Assembly (NCBI GenBank): GCA_002344895.1
Contig: DDUR01000034.1
Location: 95,935 to 159,934 of the forward strand
Direction: 5' to 3'
Source of the DNA: Ignavibacteria bacterium UBA2333
GTDB lineage: Bacteria > Bacteroidota > Ignavibacteria > Kapaibacteriales > Kapaibacteriaceae
DNA: 64,000 bases
Part shown: positions 28,189 to 37,022 of the stretch, piece after piece
How positions within the stretch are numbered: the stretch's first letter is position 1
Layout: each line of letters begins with the position of its first letter
Notes under the pieces: model-generated
What the model was told of the DNA's origin: nothing
What the model saw: only the letters and a program-made list of their open reading frames with translations
Databases searched by the model: none
Translations under genes and position numbers: made by a program

Positions 28189-29753
28189 ACCGACGCGAAC
28201 TTTTTTCCTCGCTTGCTCGGAGCGGACGTCGAGAGTCGATGACCGTTCCGACAGATAGATTGGTACTGGTGGGTGCCGAACAACACACGGGACCACTCAC
28301 TCTTGCCGACGTACATCACATCATTCGTCGACTTGGCGTAGGAGCTACTGTTGCCCAAGCCAATGCCTTTGTTGGCAAGACGGCCGACGAGGTGGTTGAA
28401 TCACTACTAGGTCCAAACGAAACCCAACATCCAGATCCTCCCGGAGCATGGGTGGATGCTGCGACGGAAAACCCACTTGGTGCGGATCTTCAAACGCGGA
28501 ATGCGATTGAAAGTTCGTGGTATGCGAACCATGCGTCGTTGAGCGGATGGTGGGTGCGACAATTGGCGCGTGACCTAACTGCAACGGAAAAGCTTGTCCT
28601 CTTTTGGTCTAATCATTGGACGACTGAGTTTTCGTTTGACGAAACGGTGAGTATACCTCAAACGCTCTACCGACAGATGAAGGTATTGCGCACAAATCGA
28701 ATGGGCGATCTTCGTGATCTCGCCTTGGAGATGACCGTCGACAATGCCATGGTTTGGTACCTGGGTGGTCACTTCAATCAGGTTGGTAAACCAAATGAGA
28801 ATTATGCGCGCGAACTCATGGAGCTCTTCCTAACCGGCATTGGCTGGTACACAGAAGGTGATGTCCGTGAAGCAGCACGTGTTCTCACAGGTTGGAGGGC
28901 GTCACGATACAATGACGAACCAGCACCGCAAGGGATCTATGAGACATGGTTCGATGCTGCGGCGCATGATACCGGTGCGAAGACGGTCCTCGGTGTAACA
29001 ATTCCTGGACGGACGAAGGACAACAACACTGCATTCCAAGTAAAGATGGAGGAAGTGTATGAACTCATTAAGATCATCGTCCGACAGCGGCCAGAGGCGG
29101 TAAGTCGATTTATCGCAGAGAAGTTCTATCGATTCTACGTCTATTCGTCACCCGTTGATGGAGACGCTGAGTTCATTTCCGATGTAGCACGAATATTCCG
29201 CGAAGCTGATTTTAACATTCGAGCACTCATGAAGGCAATCTTCACCAGTGCACACTTTTTTGATGCAGCAAATCGTGGTGTTCAGATCAAGACGCCGCTT
29301 GAGTTCGTATGTGGACTTGAACGGCAGCTCGGTGTGAATGTGCCAACTGCAGCGGAATGGTTAACACGAATGGATCAAACCGTGCTTGACCCGCCAACTG
29401 TCGCTGGTTGGCCTGGATATCGATCATGGATTAGCACGAACACGTATCCTGTTCGCCGACAATTAGCATCGGACATGCTCTCAAAGGTAATGTCGAATGC
29501 AAACCTCTATAATCTCTTCTCATCCTTTGACACATCGTCAAAAGACGCCTTCCTCGATGCGGTTCTAACCCACTTCTTACCAGTACCTGTTTCTCAGGCT
29601 CGCCGAGAAAACTACCTCACCATCTTGTCGCAGACGGAGCGCCAGCTCAACTACACATGGGCGCAGGTAGCAGGGAATGAAGAAGCCGCAGCCCGCGCCC
29701 TGCGTGATGTGCTTGGCGCAATTTTCCGTGCACCGGATTTCCAGCTTTGCTGA
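28185..29753 (+). CDS. DUF1800 family protein
   Basis: LVLFWSNHWTTEF is a DUF1800-type signature. The length is 522 aa, and the gene pairs with a DUF1501 gene immediately downstream. Its start overlaps the upstream stop (ATGA). Confidence 0.65.
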   Translation: MNRRELFSSLARSGRRESMTVPTDRLVLVGAEQHTGPLTLADVHHIIRRLGVGATVAQANAFVGKTADEVVESLLGPNETQHPDPPGAWVDAATENPLGADLQTRNAIESSWYANHASLSGWWVRQLARDLTATEKLVLFWSNHWTTEFSFDETVSIPQTLYRQMKVLRTNRMGDLRDLALEMTVDNAMVWYLGGHFNQVGKPNENYARELMELFLTGIGWYTEGDVREAARVLTGWRASRYNDEPAPQGIYETWFDAAAHDTGAKTVLGVTIPGRTKDNNTAFQVKMEEVYELIKIIVRQRPEAVSRFIAEKFYRFYVYSSPVDGDAEFISDVARIFREADFNIRALMKAIFTSAHFFDAANRGVQIKTPLEFVCGLERQLGVNVPTAAEWLTRMDQTVLDPPTVAGWPGYRSWISTNTYPVRRQLASDMLSKVMSNANLYNLFSSFDTSSKDAFLDAVLTHFLPVPVSQARRENYLTILSQTERQLNYTWAQVAGNEEAAARALRDVLGAIFRAPDFQLC

Positions 29754-29775
29754 CGAACTTCGCAGAGGAACCTTC

Positions 29776-31353
29776 ATGAAACGACGCACCTTCATACAAA
29801 GCACAGCCGCAGCAGCCGTTGGCACACAAATCCTCGGTGGAGTTCCACTCAAGGCCTTTTCGCCGAAAGATCTGGATGGACTCGTTCAAGCTGGAGATGA
29901 TAACATTCTCATCGTTGTTCAGCTCTTTGGTGGCAACGATGGTCTGAACACGATCATTCCAGTTGATGATGACCAATACTATGCAATCCGCCCTGCCATT
30001 GCTGTTCAAAAACAACTAGCAGTACCGGTTGTTCCCGGAAGGCTGTACTTCCATCCAGCACTCGATCCAGCTGGAGCATATAATCTTCGACGCATGTTCG
30101 ATGATGGGCGCTTGGCTGTTGTTCAAGGAATCGGCTATGAGAATCCTAATCTTTCACACTTCCGTAGCACCGACATTTGGTTAAGCGGCTTTAATACGTC
30201 AGATCCAGATCGCCGCTTGATTGATGGGTGGCTTGGTCGGTATTTCGCTGATCATCTACCGGATTTTCCTGCTACGTTGCCCGATCATCCAACAGCAGTG
30301 CAGATTGGTGGTTCATTGTCAATGTTGTTGCAAAGTCCAAAAGGTGACGTTGGAATCGCATTGACCGATCCTGACAAGTTCTTTCAGTTGGGACAAGGAC
30401 TATCTCCGGATCTTGAAGCAATGCCTGGAGATACTGCCTATGAACGGGAATTCAACTTTGTCCGACTCGTAGCTGAACAGTCCGACAGATATTCGTCTGT
30501 CGTAAAAGAAGCGTTTGACAAGGGCCGAAATACGCTCCAGTATGCCACGAATGGATTTGTGCGACAAATGCAGCTCGTGGCACGACTGATTTCTGGTGGC
30601 CTGAAATCAAAGGTCTACATGGTCTACATGGGTGGCTTTGACACACACGTTCAGCAACAGAATGATGATCTCACCGGACTTCATCCATTCCTTCTGAATG
30701 CTTTGTCAACGGGCATTGGCCAGTTTATGCAGGACGCACTCGCACAAGGATTTGCTGATCGAGTAGTTGGAATGACAGTTTCGGAGTTTGGACGTCGACC
30801 ATACGAAAACGGTTCGCGCGGCACAGACCACGGAACGTCAAGTATTCAATTTGTCTTCGGTAACGGCGTAAACGCTGGTGTGTTTGGTCAGTCACCGGAT
30901 TTGACCAATTTCGATAGTAATGGTGATCTTGTTTATCAGTATGACTATCGAACCGTCTATGCCGACATTCTCGAAAACTGGTTTGGTGGTTCACCGGACG
31001 AGACGAAGTCCGTGTTCGATCTATCACCGAACGAAAACATCTTGCCACTTGGAGTAATCAAGAAGACTGTTTCATCTGTTGATGCCTACGAGGGTAGGGT
31101 GCCTGTACACGTTCGACTTGCACCGAATCCCGTTACGGATGTAGCATGGATTGAATGGTCACAGACCACACCTGCCATGGCGAAGGTGGATATCTATGAT
31201 GGAACTGGACGTTTTGTTGAGCGGGTTTGGCATGGAGCTGTTGATCCAGGTTCGGTACGTCTACCGATCTCAGTGACGGCAAGCGGGTCGTACCTTTGTG
31301 CAATCACCGTCAATGGTGCTCGCACCGTGGTACCGTTCACCGTCATAAAGTAG
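29776..31353 (+). CDS. DUF1501 family protein with Tat signal and C-terminal T9SS (Por) sorting domain
   Basis: The start was trimmed to MKRRTFIQSTAAAAVGTQIL (twin-arginine). DUF1501 motifs are MGGFDTHVQQ and SEFGRRPYENGSRGTDHG. The C-terminal ~80 aa (AKVDIYDGTGRFVERVWHG...YLCAITVNGARTVVPFTVIK) resemble T9SS sorting domains. Confidence 0.75.
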   Translation: MKRRTFIQSTAAAAVGTQILGGVPLKAFSPKDLDGLVQAGDDNILIVVQLFGGNDGLNTIIPVDDDQYYAIRPAIAVQKQLAVPVVPGRLYFHPALDPAGAYNLRRMFDDGRLAVVQGIGYENPNLSHFRSTDIWLSGFNTSDPDRRLIDGWLGRYFADHLPDFPATLPDHPTAVQIGGSLSMLLQSPKGDVGIALTDPDKFFQLGQGLSPDLEAMPGDTAYEREFNFVRLVAEQSDRYSSVVKEAFDKGRNTLQYATNGFVRQMQLVARLISGGLKSKVYMVYMGGFDTHVQQQNDDLTGLHPFLLNALSTGIGQFMQDALAQGFADRVVGMTVSEFGRRPYENGSRGTDHGTSSIQFVFGNGVNAGVFGQSPDLTNFDSNGDLVYQYDYRTVYADILENWFGGSPDETKSVFDLSPNENILPLGVIKKTVSSVDAYEGRVPVHVRLAPNPVTDVAWIEWSQTTPAMAKVDIYDGTGRFVERVWHGAVDPGSVRLPISVTASGSYLCAITVNGARTVVPFTVIK

Positions 31354-31360
31354 CGTCAGC

Positions 31361-32890
31361 GTGGCACATCGCCGCTCCTTTCTTAAGACAATCATTCTCG
31401 CCTCCGGTGCCGTTTTTTCGGCATCCTTGGAGTCGTGTACACGTAAGCCATCAGAGATTCGGCCCGTTCGTTCGTCGTCGCGGCGTACATACGACGGACA
31501 GAAATTCGCCACGGCACATGCGTATCTGCGCGATGGTGCGCCCCTTCCGCCCCCTGACCTCACATACAGGACCGATGTCATTGTTGTAGGTGCTGGCCCG
31601 TCAGGTCTCATGGCAGCGATAGACCTCGAATCGGCTGGTCGTGGTGTTATCGTACTAGATAGTGAGCCTCGCGCTGGCGGGGCTGCCGTGAGTGCCGACA
31701 TTCTCGGTGGATCTGTCCCACTTGGAAGTGTGTATTTCGTTGAGTCAACGGAAGAAGTTCGGAGGATGTTGTCGTATGCCGCCATCGAACCCGTCCCTTG
31801 TCCAGATGACGGTTATGACTTCGGTGAAGGTGAAGTTGTTCGGAATCTCTGGTCAGATGCCACACTACGTAGAGTGATTCGCAATGAGAGCGACCGCGAC
31901 GGAATGATGAGGTTTCGCGATGACCTTCTTGCACTCGGTGATGCTCTACCAGTCTATCCTCTGAAGACCGCCGACACCACGCAACGTAACCAGCTTGACC
32001 AACCGGTCGATAAGTGGCTGGCGCAGTATCGGTCACCAACACTTCGCACGATCATTGAATCGTATTCACGTTCGTCGATGGGAGGGAACATCTCCCGAAC
32101 TAATGTTTATTGTTTGCAAAATTTCTATGTGTCGGAGTTCGGTCCCGAATTTGGTGGTGGACGTCAGACCTTCCCTGGTGGGATGGCACGGCTCACACAG
32201 GGTGTCGCTTCAAAGTTGAAGGATGTACGCACAAACATGCTCGTAGCCCGAGTTGGTCAAGGGGCAGAAGGGGTATGGGTTGATGCCGTCGATGATCAGG
32301 GACGTGTTCATAAGATCGTTGCTGCCGACGTTATCATGGCAGTTCCGAAGTTTCAGATACCACGTTTGTTAACCGATTGTAGTCCTCAGCGCGCAGCAGC
32401 TTGTAGATCGTTAGAGTATGCTCCATATATGACACTTCATGTCGCATCGTCAAAGCCACTTGTCGAACGCGATATTTATGATACATGGAACCTTCGAAGT
32501 GAATTTGAAACCGATGTTGTGAATCCCTCGGCCGTTCCTTCTACGTCATACTCAAAAAATATATGCTCACTCTTTGTACCTATGGAACAATGGATGCGCG
32601 GCCAGCTGCAGAACGAAGAACTCTTTGCTCGCAGAGCTGCCGAAATCGTTGATAGATTTTTGTCGACACGAACCGATGAGCAACGAGCGTCGGTCGAAAC
32701 CGTGTATTGCTGGGCTTGGGGTCATAGCATCGTCGTACCAACACCAGGATCACATAGTGAAGCTGCGTTAGCGGCTTCGTTGGGTGAAGGACGAATCGTA
32801 TTTGCGCACACAGACAATGACGCGGCACCGGCACTTGAGAACGCTCTCTGGCATGGCGCTGAGGCTGCGCGTACAGTGCTGGCGCGGTAG
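31361..32890 (+). CDS. FAD-dependent oxidoreductase (amine-oxidase/phytoene-desaturase-like) with Tat/lipoprotein-type signal
   Basis: It uses a GTG start. AHRRSFLKTIILASGAVFSASLESC is a twin-arginine signal with a Cys, and DVIVVGAGPSGLMAAIDLE is the dinucleotide-binding GxGxxG motif. Confidence 0.7.
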   Translation: MAHRRSFLKTIILASGAVFSASLESCTRKPSEIRPVRSSSRRTYDGQKFATAHAYLRDGAPLPPPDLTYRTDVIVVGAGPSGLMAAIDLESAGRGVIVLDSEPRAGGAAVSADILGGSVPLGSVYFVESTEEVRRMLSYAAIEPVPCPDDGYDFGEGEVVRNLWSDATLRRVIRNESDRDGMMRFRDDLLALGDALPVYPLKTADTTQRNQLDQPVDKWLAQYRSPTLRTIIESYSRSSMGGNISRTNVYCLQNFYVSEFGPEFGGGRQTFPGGMARLTQGVASKLKDVRTNMLVARVGQGAEGVWVDAVDDQGRVHKIVAADVIMAVPKFQIPRLLTDCSPQRAAACRSLEYAPYMTLHVASSKPLVERDIYDTWNLRSEFETDVVNPSAVPSTSYSKNICSLFVPMEQWMRGQLQNEELFARRAAEIVDRFLSTRTDEQRASVETVYCWAWGHSIVVPTPGSHSEAALAASLGEGRIVFAHTDNDAAPALENALWHGAEAARTVLAR

Positions 32891-32982
32891 TTTGACAAAA
32901 GGTTTCCACAGTGGGAACATGACGCTCGATGAGTCGTCGAAGGGAACATCCAATCCTAACCACCACATTGGAATCACCTACC

Positions 32983-33756
32983 ATGAAGCTCACCTTTTCA
33001 GCCCTCTTCGTCACTCTTGCCCTTCTTGCTGCAGGTTGCGCAGGAACAATGGAGCCAGTTGTTACACCGAAAGGTGACGTGCGGGGCGACCTGCGCGTTC
33101 GTGTTGTGTCGAACTGCGACTCACCACAACGCGACTGCGATGACGACGACGATGATGACGATGAAGAATGGGATGACGACGATTGCGGATACAAGGCTGA
33201 AGGTAAACGCCGTATCGACTCTGTTCGCATCGATCGTGTTCGTATTCTCGTCTCACGCGTGAAACTCCACGTTTCAAAACATGACACCACAACAGGTGGC
33301 TGTGATGTAAAGGGTGGTCCACTGGTTCTAACATTTGATGACGACTCGACAACACCCGTTCTCTCGGCACCATTGCCAAAAGGGCGGTACGAGAAGATCA
33401 AACTTGAAATGCACAAGTTCTCATCAGACGAAGCCGGTGTGTATGCGAGTGACACGGTCTTTTCGGACTTCTGTGAACCGCGTCGCGTGACAATCATCGT
33501 CGAAGGACGCTATTGGGCAGACTCGACAGAAAAAACCTTTACACTCTCCGATGACGAAACGGCGAACCTGTGGATTAACATTGATCCATACGTAGAGATT
33601 GCTGAAGATGGCGGGGAAGGACTACTTCTCGACTTTAACGCACTCAAGTCGTTCCGTGTTCGCGGTCGTGTTATCGACCCCGATGACGACGATGCACGGT
33701 ATGTCCTTCGTGGACGTCTGAAATTCTCAATCAAAGCCCGCGGAAATGGGCGCTAA
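32983..33756 (+). CDS. lipoprotein of unknown function with poly-Asp/Glu tract (paralogue A)
   Basis: The lipobox is LLAAGC. An acidic run (DCDDDDDDDDEEWDDDDCGY) is followed by a conserved block (RIDSVRIDRVRILVSRVKLH). It is homologous along its length to the next gene. Confidence 0.55.
   Translation: MKLTFSALFVTLALLAAGCAGTMEPVVTPKGDVRGDLRVRVVSNCDSPQRDCDDDDDDDDEEWDDDDCGYKAEGKRRIDSVRIDRVRILVSRVKLHVSKHDTTTGGCDVKGGPLVLTFDDDSTTPVLSAPLPKGRYEKIKLEMHKFSSDEAGVYASDTVFSDFCEPRRVTIIVEGRYWADSTEKTFTLSDDETANLWINIDPYVEIAEDGGEGLLLDFNALKSFRVRGRVIDPDDDDARYVLRGRLKFSIKARGNGR
33133..33186 (+). repeat. GAY trinucleotide tract (gatgacgacgacgatgatgacgatgaagaatgggatgacgacgat) encoding poly-Asp
   Basis: It was read directly from the sequence and is a slippage-prone codon repeat inside lipoprotein A. 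Confidence 0.7.
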
Positions 33757-33804
33757 GCCATTCGCGGAACTCGGTAACAATTACATATCGTGGGAGGAGA
33801 CACC

Positions 33805-34518
33805 ATGAACATCAAACATCTAGCGGCAATCGTAGCCGTGGCACTTGCAATCGCAGGTTGTTCTGAGAGCACCGATCCGTCGTCCGAACCGACAATGACG
33901 ATGACGGCCCGTATGACGTCGACCACAGCAGCACCGTCGGCCATCCGACCAGATTCGCCACGTACCGAAGGTGGAAGGCTCATCGATTCCGTTCGTGTTG
34001 ACAAGGTGCGAATCCTGCTTTCGCGTATCAAGCTCCACCGGACAAATGATGACACGTCGAACGGTGGGAAGGATGTCAAGATCGGTCCAGCCGTATTGAC
34101 GATTGACAACGACACCGTGACAACCGTCTTTGCCTCGGCAATCCCAACGGGCACGTATGAGAGAATGAAGCTCGAGAAGCACAAATTCTCGGGTAGTGAG
34201 GCAGCGCAGTATGCTGCCGACCCGGTATTTGGTCCATTTGCCTTCCCAGATCGTATTACCCTCATCGTTGATGGAACGGTCTATGCAGAAGGTGAAACAC
34301 GTGCCTTCACGTTAACGGACGACCGTACCGAGAATCTCTGGGTGGGTTTTGACCCCGCACTTACGGTAACCGAGTCGACATCAACAACGGTTGACCTTGA
34401 GTTCTCTGCACGACTACTGTTTAACGTTGACGGGAACATTCTTGACCCGCTCGACGTCTCCTTGCGCGACGTGATTCGCGCGCGCTTAAAGAATGCCTTT
34501 AAGCTGAAGAAGCGCTGA
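33805..34518 (+). CDS. lipoprotein of unknown function (paralogue B of 32983-33756)
   Basis: The lipobox is AIAGC. It shares LIDSVRVDKVRILLSRIKLH and downstream blocks with paralogue A but lacks the acidic tract. Confidence 0.55.
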   Translation: MNIKHLAAIVAVALAIAGCSESTDPSSEPTMTMTARMTSTTAAPSAIRPDSPRTEGGRLIDSVRVDKVRILLSRIKLHRTNDDTSNGGKDVKIGPAVLTIDNDTVTTVFASAIPTGTYERMKLEKHKFSGSEAAQYAADPVFGPFAFPDRITLIVDGTVYAEGETRAFTLTDDRTENLWVGFDPALTVTESTSTTVDLEFSARLLFNVDGNILDPLDVSLRDVIRARLKNAFKLKKR

Positions 34519-34566
34519 CGGACAAACGCCAAATCCCCCAGAAAACGGCATCCGTCTCCCTGCCAA

Positions 34567-34618
34567 TCGATCGGCCGACATCAATGGAAACGGCGATGAC
34601 GGCCGATCGCATTTTTTT
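34567..34618 (+). terminator. rho-independent terminator after the lipoprotein pair
   Basis: A perfect 10-bp stem (cgatcggccg / cggccgatcg) is followed by cattttttt. Confidence 0.5.
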
Positions 34619-34730
34619 GGACGAGACCGATGCAAGAGGGGAGTCGGCCACCTCACGCAAAACAACTTCAGGGATTCGCCACGACTACGTAACATTTTTA
34701 TTCATTCCGGACATTGTGGGGAGACACACC

Positions 34731-35252
34731 ATGACATGTTCAGTTCGACGACTCATGGCAGTCGTAACAGCTCTTTTCCTGATAAGCCCGTTAACCACTC
34801 TTGCGCAAGGTCCAAAGGGCAAGGAGTTTGGCTTCGGCATTATTCTTGGAGATCCGCTCGGCTTAACAGCCAAATACTGGACAAACAACGAGAACGCGCT
34901 TGTTTTTGGCCTCGGGGCATCGTACTTCGGTGCACCTCGGATCCAAGTTGACTACTTATGGCACTTTGATGCCTTCCAATCACAAGTTGTCAAAATGTAT
35001 GCAGGTCCAGGTCTGGGATTTGGTTTTGGGCGCGAAGGTTATGGAGTTTGGTATAAACGCGGTAAACGCGACGTGTTCTATTACCGCGATGAAGGAGAGT
35101 TCGGAATTGGTGTTCGTGCCATTGTTGGCATCAATGTTATCCCGAAACGCACCCCTCTTGAGATATTCCTTGAGCTCGGACCAAACATCGGTGTTGCACC
35201 TGGTTTCGGTGTAGCGCTGGATGCTGCAATCGGAGTACGTTTCTACCCATAA
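34731..35252 (+). CDS. small outer-membrane beta-barrel-like protein
   Basis: It has a signal peptide (MTCSVRRLMAVVTALFLISPLTTLAQG) and Gly/aromatic-rich alternating strands (FGFGIILGDPLGLTAKYW...GVALDAAIGVRFYP). Confidence 0.45.
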   Translation: MTCSVRRLMAVVTALFLISPLTTLAQGPKGKEFGFGIILGDPLGLTAKYWTNNENALVFGLGASYFGAPRIQVDYLWHFDAFQSQVVKMYAGPGLGFGFGREGYGVWYKRGKRDVFYYRDEGEFGIGVRAIVGINVIPKRTPLEIFLELGPNIGVAPGFGVALDAAIGVRFYP

Positions 35253-35316
35253 AAACGTTGTGATGCTCGCGTGAACTTCGTCTATGAGTTCAGCAGGTAT
35301 AGAGATCTTCATCTTG

Positions 35317-35356
35317 AAAAAGAAAAAGGGGCCGTCCAAATGGACGGCCCCTTTTG
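35317..35356. terminator. bidirectional rho-independent terminator
   Basis: A 10-bp GC stem (ggggccgtcc / ggacggcccc) has an A-run upstream (aaaaagaaaaa) and ttttg downstream. It serves the convergent small-OMP gene (+) and tRNA-Leu (-). Confidence 0.6.
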
Positions 35357-35366
35357 CGTTTCTGCG

Positions 35367-35450
35367 TGCGGAAGAGGGGACTTGAACCCCTACGCCCTTA
35401 CGAGCGCCACCCCCTCAAGATGGTGCGTCTGCCAATTTCGCCACTTCCGC
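35367..35450 (-). tRNA. tRNA-Leu (anticodon GAG), long-variable-arm type
   Basis: The reverse complement reads GCGGAAGTGGCGAAATTGGCAGACGCACCATCTTGAGGGGGTGGCGCTCGTAAGGGCGTAGGGGTTCAAGTCCCCTCTTCCGCA. The anticodon stem is CCATC/GGTGG with loop TTGAGGG, there is a long variable arm, and the T-arm is GGTTCAAGTCC. CCA is not encoded. Confidence 0.85.
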
Positions 35451-35518
35451 AGGAGGAACTGCAATATACGAGGTTTCAGGAAAACTGCCAGCGCATCAAA
35501 CGTTCAGACGTACTGAAA

Positions 35519-36979
35519 TCAGTCTTCTCCTTGGGCCTTTGTCCAACCGGCAGCACCATCAAACTCCTGCAGTTTTTCAATGTGAGCCCACTGAATCTCG
35601 GTAGCAATCTTGCTCATGAGGTCAAGTATCTCAGCGTCAGTGAGATTACCTTCGGCCTTCATAAACCGACAGCGATATTGGTCAATACAGTCCGTAATCG
35701 TGCCCGTTGGAGGATAGACGCGCGTTCCGCGATTGGAGATCATTTTTAAGGTAGCGGCAGATCCGGCTGTCAAACGCTCGATGGTTGTGCCGAGATCGAT
35801 TGGACCAAGAGCTGTTTCAACAAAGATGTCGACGCCGGCAACGCGGCGTGAGCTGACCTTAACAATGTCACGTTCAGCCGAAAATGTCGGCAAGGTAATC
35901 GGTTTAACGTCGCGGATCGAATACGCTGCTGACGACTTACCAAAGTTAGAAATCACTGCATCCGTGTATTCTGTGGTTGTACATGCGAGCTCGTCACCAA
36001 CAACGTCGCGCGTACGGAACTTGCCTTCTTCCCACGTTACCATTACGGCATTTTCAATTGTAGCTGCAGCATCGAACTCACCGAGGTGGCGCAACATCAT
36101 CACGGCTGACAGAATGACGGCCGTTGGGTTGATGTTGTTCTTGCCGGCATACTTCGGAGCACTTCCGTGTACCGCCTCGAAGATGGCGACTTCGCTACCA
36201 ATGTTTGCTGAAGGCGCAAAACCGAGACCACCGACGAGTGCCGATGTAAGGTCGCTCATGATATCGCCATTCATGTTCGTCGTGACAATTACGTCGAACT
36301 GTTCTGGTTTTTTAACGAGCTGGTGTGCGCAATTGTCGATGATGATGTGATTGGCTTCGATGTCCGGATACTCTTTTGAGATATCCTCAAAGGTGCGCTT
36401 GAGTAATCCTTCCGTCATCTTCATAATATTCGACTTTGTCGCGCAGTGCACCTTCGTGCGCCCTTCGGCACGTGCAAACTCAAATGCCAGGCGCACGACC
36501 TTTTCACAGCCTTTGCGAGAAATGAGCTTCAGGCACTGAGCCACACCAGGCGTCTGCATGTGCTCTATACCGGCATAGAGGTCTTCAACGTTTTCGCGGA
36601 CAACGACGAGGTCGAGTTTACGACCACTGTAGGGTGTAGGAACACCAGGCAATTCACGAACGGGACGGATATTGCCGAAGGTCTCAAACAGTTTTCGAAG
36701 GGTAACGTTGGCACTCTTTTCGCCGTAACCTACAGGCGTTCCGAGCGGACCTTTTAAGACAACGCGCGTCTTGGAAATCGAGTCAATCGTTTCCTGCGGC
36801 ACGCCAGAAGCGATTCCCTGTTTAAAGACCCTTTCGCCGGCGTGACGGACTTCCCATGCGATGGGAGCACCGGTGGCCTCGATGATCTTAATGGCGGAAT
36901 CAACGCATTCCGGGCCGACGCCGTCGCCTGGAATGACCGTAACGAGCTTCTTGCCGTCGGCTGTGATGTGGATGTTCAT
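35519..36979 (-). CDS. icd: isocitrate dehydrogenase (NADP), homodimeric type with ~140-aa C-terminal extension
   Basis: Motifs are VIPGDGVGPE, NMNGDIMSDLTSALVGGLGFAPSANIG and GSAPKYAGKNNINPTAVILSAVMMLRHLG. The extra C-terminal domain is like that of Thermus-type IDH. Confidence 0.9.
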   Translation of the reverse strand: MNIHITADGKKLVTVIPGDGVGPECVDSAIKIIEATGAPIAWEVRHAGERVFKQGIASGVPQETIDSISKTRVVLKGPLGTPVGYGEKSANVTLRKLFETFGNIRPVRELPGVPTPYSGRKLDLVVVRENVEDLYAGIEHMQTPGVAQCLKLISRKGCEKVVRLAFEFARAEGRTKVHCATKSNIMKMTEGLLKRTFEDISKEYPDIEANHIIIDNCAHQLVKKPEQFDVIVTTNMNGDIMSDLTSALVGGLGFAPSANIGSEVAIFEAVHGSAPKYAGKNNINPTAVILSAVMMLRHLGEFDAAATIENAVMVTWEEGKFRTRDVVGDELACTTTEYTDAVISNFGKSSAAYSIRDVKPITLPTFSAERDIVKVSSRRVAGVDIFVETALGPIDLGTTIERLTAGSAATLKMISNRGTRVYPPTGTITDCIDQYRCRFMKAEGNLTDAEILDLMSKIATEIQWAHIEKLQEFDGAAGWTKAQGED

Positions 36980-37022
36980 GTCGTTGGAACAGTACGGTGA
37001 ATCGAGGCCGCAAAGATATGGG

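Noticed and set aside
32580-33497. 305-aa minus-strand ORF, and the similar 33753-34265 minus ORF, antisense to the two lipoprotein genes
   Set aside because: They are shadow ORFs. Their Ser-rich runs (SSSSHSSSSSSSSSS) are simply the antisense of the poly-Asp GAY tract. They have no signal, domain or start context, and the plus-strand genes show paralogue conservation.
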